A stretch of 60,054 nucleotides of DNA, counting the filler. It is 4 parts of 4 records of this genome, joined end to end, with 100 filler letters (N's around TTAATTAATTAA, not from the genome) between each part and the next. Parts side by side here need not be neighbours in the genome. Positions count along the whole stretch, not along the records: positions 51,929 to 60,054 come from SRR31156797_4625; 3 more parts are not named here. One strand, written 5' to 3'. The notes under the pieces are model-generated. The model was not told where the DNA came from. It saw nothing but the letters and a program-made list of their open reading frames with translations, and did not search any database. The position numbers were made by a program, and so were the translations under genes. Shown here piece after piece: positions 57,163-60,054 of this stretch. Every line of letters starts with the position of its first letter. Position 1 is the stretch's first letter.

Positions 57163-58650
57163 ATGAATAGTTTAGAAAAATATTTTTCAAAATATCGAAA
57201 AAAAATTATTGGAATTAATCACAAGATTCAAACACCATATGGTAAGAAAAAAATTATTTATGCAGATTGGATAGCGAGTGGTAGATTATACTCTGATATT
57301 GAAAAAGTTATGAGTAAAAAATTTGCACCTTTTGTTGGAAATACTCACTCTGAGTCATCTGAAACAGGGCAAATTATGACTTTGTCATATGAAAAAGCAC
57401 GTGAAATAATAAAAGAACATGTTAATGCAAATACAAATGATGTTTTATTTGTTTCAGGTAATGGAATGACTGGTGCAATAAACAAATTTCAACGTTTATT
57501 AGGAATAAAGATACCAGAAAAGCTGAATGGTAAAAAATCATGTATAAGAAAATGCATTCCTGAAGAGGATAGACCTGTTATATTTATTACACACATGGAG
57601 CATCATTCCAATCAAATCTCTTGGCTTGAAACTGTGGCAGATGTTGTAATAATTAAGCCAAAAGAGGATTTAACGATTGATTTGAATAATTTAGAAGGGG
57701 AATTAGTAAAATATCAAAACAGGAAGTTAAAAATAGGAAGTTTTACAGCATGCTCAAATGTGACAGGAACAAAAACACCATATAAGGAAATGGCAAAATT
57801 AATGCATAAACATAATGGATTTTGCATGGTTGATTTTGCTGCTTCAGCACCATATGATGAGATAAATATGCATCCTGATGAAGATGGTGCATACTTAGAT
57901 GGTATTTATTTTTCTCCGCATAAATTTCTTGGAGGTCCGGGAACTTCAGGAATAATGATAGTAAATAAAGAACTTCTTGCAAATAATTCACCAGATATAC
58001 CAGGTGGAGGAACAGTATCATGGACAACCAGATGGAATGAATATAGATATGTTAATAGTTTAGAACATCGTGAAGATGGCGGAACTCCTGCTTTTCTTCA
58101 AACAATTAGAATTGCTTTATGTATTAAATTAAAAGAAAAAATAGGAGCTTATAATATTCAAAAACGAGAAGAGGAGTTATTGAATATTGCATTTAATGAG
58201 ATGAGTAAAATTAATGATTTAAATATATTACTTCCTCAGCAAAAAGACAGATTAGGTGTAATATCTTTCTATATTAAAGATATTCATCATAATTTAGTTG
58301 TAAAACTATTAAACGATAGATTTGGGATACAAGTAAGAGGAGGATGTTCCTGCGCAGGAACTTTCGGGCATTATATTTTTGATTATTCTAAAGAGGAATC
58401 AAAAAAAATAACGGATCAAATTGATAGTGGAAATCTTTTTTCTAAACCAGGCTGGGTTAGATTATCTCTACATCCAACTATGACGAATAAAGAACTTTAT
58501 ACTGTAATTAATGCACTAAAACAAGTTCAGGAAAATATTAAAATATGGGAAAAAGATTATACTTTTGATAATAGTTGTGGGGAGTATTTCCACAATACTA
58601 CAAAAAGAAAAGAAACTAATGATTTTGCTGATTGGTTTATTTTTGCATAA
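57163..58650 (+). CDS. Class V PLP-dependent aminotransferase / cysteine desulfurase-like protein
   Basis: YADWIASGR, MEHHSN, FSPHKFLGGPG, RGGCSCAG. GGAGG before ATG 57163. Confidence 0.88.
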   Translation: MNSLEKYFSKYRKKIIGINHKIQTPYGKKKIIYADWIASGRLYSDIEKVMSKKFAPFVGNTHSESSETGQIMTLSYEKAREIIKEHVNANTNDVLFVSGNGMTGAINKFQRLLGIKIPEKLNGKKSCIRKCIPEEDRPVIFITHMEHHSNQISWLETVADVVIIKPKEDLTIDLNNLEGELVKYQNRKLKIGSFTACSNVTGTKTPYKEMAKLMHKHNGFCMVDFAASAPYDEINMHPDEDGAYLDGIYFSPHKFLGGPGTSGIMIVNKELLANNSPDIPGGGTVSWTTRWNEYRYVNSLEHREDGGTPAFLQTIRIALCIKLKEKIGAYNIQKREEELLNIAFNEMSKINDLNILLPQQKDRLGVISFYIKDIHHNLVVKLLNDRFGIQVRGGCSCAGTFGHYIFDYSKEESKKITDQIDSGNLFSKPGWVRLSLHPTMTNKELYTVINALKQVQENIKIWEKDYTFDNSCGEYFHNTTKRKETNDFADWFIFA

Positions 58651-58664
58651 TTTTATGAAAACAG

Positions 58665-58701
58665 ATAAACACCCCTTGATTATTTATCAAAGGGTGTTTA
58701 T
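58665..58701. terminator. Bidirectional terminator
   Basis: ATAAACACCCCTTGAT...ATCAAAGGGTGTTTAT between convergent genes. Confidence 0.7.
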
Positions 58702-58704
58702 TTA

Positions 58705-59883
58705 TTATAATTCTTTTATAATTTCTTCAAATTTTGTTAAAAATTCATCAATTTCAGATTTAGGTACATTGATTCTAGGAATAAGTCTTACTACAGTTCC
58801 ACTTGTTACATTTAGAAGCATTCCCATATCCATTGCTTTATCTTTAATAGTCATTGCAACTTCTCCAACTTCTAGTCCTACCATGTAACCTCTACCTTTA
58901 ATCTTAGTAATTAAAGGATATTTTGCTTTTAACTCCTCTAATTTTTCCATCATGTAATCAGCATTTGCTTTAATTTCAGCCATGAATTCTTTATCTGTAA
59001 GTTTTTCCATGATATACAGACCAGCTGCACATGCTACAGGATTTCCACCAAATGTAGTTCCGTGTTCTCCCGGTTGAAGTACATTTTCAAGTTTTTCATT
59101 TACTAATATTGCTCCAAGAGGAAGACCTCCACCTAGGGCTTTAGCAACAGTTGCCATATCAGGTTCAAATCCATACTTTTCAAATGCAAAAAGATCTAAT
59201 GTTCTACCAAATCCTGCTTGAATTTCATCTGCGATAATCAGGAAATTATATTTCTTTTTTAATTCTAATAATTCATTTAGGAAATCTTGATCAAGATCAA
59301 CAATTCCTCCTTCTCCTTGGATCATCTCTAAGAAGATAGCACAAGTATTTTCATTAATTAATTCTTTAATACTTTCAATATTGTTGTACTCAAAGTATTT
59401 AACCTTAGGTAAAATAGAAGCAAATGGTTTTTGCTTATCAGGCTGTCCAGTTAATGCAAGAGCTCCTGTTGTTCTACCATGAAAACCATTTAAGGCTGAA
59501 ATTATTTCAGTTTTATTTTCATTAATTGAAGAACCCCATTTAACAGCTATTTTTAAAGCACCTTCGTTTGATTCTGTTCCTGTATTTGCAAAGAATACTT
59601 TTGATGCAAAGCTGTTTTCAACTAATAATTTAGCTAATTCAACTACAGGATCAGAGATAAAATAATTAGATAAATGAACATATTTATTAATCTGATCGAT
59701 CATTCTTTTCTTTAATTCAGGATCATTATGTCCAAATTGATTTACAGCTATTCCACTGAAAAAATCTAAATATTTTTTTCCATCTTTTGTATATAAATAT
59801 CCGGCATCACCATAGTCGAATTCTAATGGAATTCTTTTATATGTATTTAATATATATTTCGTATCTTGTTCATATAACGTCAT
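58705..59883 (-). CDS. argD: Acetylornithine aminotransferase
   Basis: YLDFFSGIAVN, FHGRT, IQGEGG, DEIQAGFGR, AKALGGG, HGTTFGGNP. Confidence 0.9.
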   Translation of the reverse strand: MTLYEQDTKYILNTYKRIPLEFDYGDAGYLYTKDGKKYLDFFSGIAVNQFGHNDPELKKRMIDQINKYVHLSNYFISDPVVELAKLLVENSFASKVFFANTGTESNEGALKIAVKWGSSINENKTEIISALNGFHGRTTGALALTGQPDKQKPFASILPKVKYFEYNNIESIKELINENTCAIFLEMIQGEGGIVDLDQDFLNELLELKKKYNFLIIADEIQAGFGRTLDLFAFEKYGFEPDMATVAKALGGGLPLGAILVNEKLENVLQPGEHGTTFGGNPVACAAGLYIMEKLTDKEFMAEIKANADYMMEKLEELKAKYPLITKIKGRGYMVGLEVGEVAMTIKDKAMDMGMLLNVTSGTVVRLIPRINVPKSEIDEFLTKFEEIIKEL

Positions 59884-59934
59884 TTTTTACCCCCTGTTAT
59901 CTAAAACTTAATAAAATTCTTTTACTTTTATTAA

Positions 59935-59973
59935 TAAGCCGACTTGAATAAATAAATATTCTAAGTCGGCTTA
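59935..59973. terminator. Stem-loop upstream of argD
   Basis: TAAGCCGACTT...AAGTCGGCTTA. Confidence 0.55.
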
Positions 59974-60010
59974 CTTCGGCTATGTATTACAAGTTAATTT
60001 TTAATTTAAA

Positions 60011-60054
60011 CTATTTTCTTAATTCTTCCATTAACTGAGTTTTTTCTTCAGTTT
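60011..60054 (-). CDS. 3' end of an upstream gene (partial)
   Basis: ...TEEKTQLMEELRK-TAG, open to the window edge; too short to identify. Confidence 0.4.
   Translation of the reverse strand, partial: TEEKTQLMEELRK

Noticed and set aside
57163-58650. Second sulfur donor for the Dnd system
   Set aside because: It lies on a different contig with different composition and belongs to another subfamily; dndA is already present.
1-60054. CRISPR array, rRNA, riboswitch, intact integrase or transposase
   Set aside because: I found no regularly spaced direct repeats or recognisable consensus by eye. A covariance-model search would be needed to exclude small RNAs.

Overview
This window is not one continuous locus. 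It is four contigs joined by artificial 100-bp linkers (N44-TTAATTAATTAA-N44 at 18134-18233, 35119-35218 and 51829-51928), and their base composition differs, so they may come from more than one organism. Contig 1 (1-18133; Desulfobacterota-like by inference) carries a pentapeptide-repeat gene, a decayed run of small cassette-like genes with attC-like hairpins and IS-end scars, a PilZ/FIST/PAS-GGDEF signalling group, several pseudogenes, a ZrgA-type metal-uptake ABC operon preceded by a His-rich CxxC...RGPP leader protein, and ihfA-merR-tRNA-Pro. Contig 2 (18234-35118) is an AT-rich defence island next to a tRNA-Gly 3' end. It holds a complete DNA phosphorothioation module (dndA divergent from dndBCDE) converging on a PbeABCD-like operon. 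That operon is extended by a 778-aa protein with three RNAP alpha-CTD-like repeats plus a sigma70 region 4, and by a DUF262 + HEPN pair. An AbiE type IV toxin-antitoxin module follows. Contig 3 (35219-51828) is a thiol-redox region: redoxin, DsbD, two DUF547 genes, a Tes/MJ0619-like radical SAM, a VTT-disulfide oxidoreductase fusion, a rhodanese with an in-frame UGA and SECIS-like hairpin, a peroxiredoxin with a divergent TetR and two operator-like palindromes, and a GC-rich Lon-like protease. Contig 4 (51929-60054; very AT-rich) has a LolA-like/outer-membrane protein/MMPL operon, a class V PLP enzyme and argD. The best candidate for an undescribed system is the extended Dnd-Pbe operon. All family calls come from motif recognition by eye; no searches were run.
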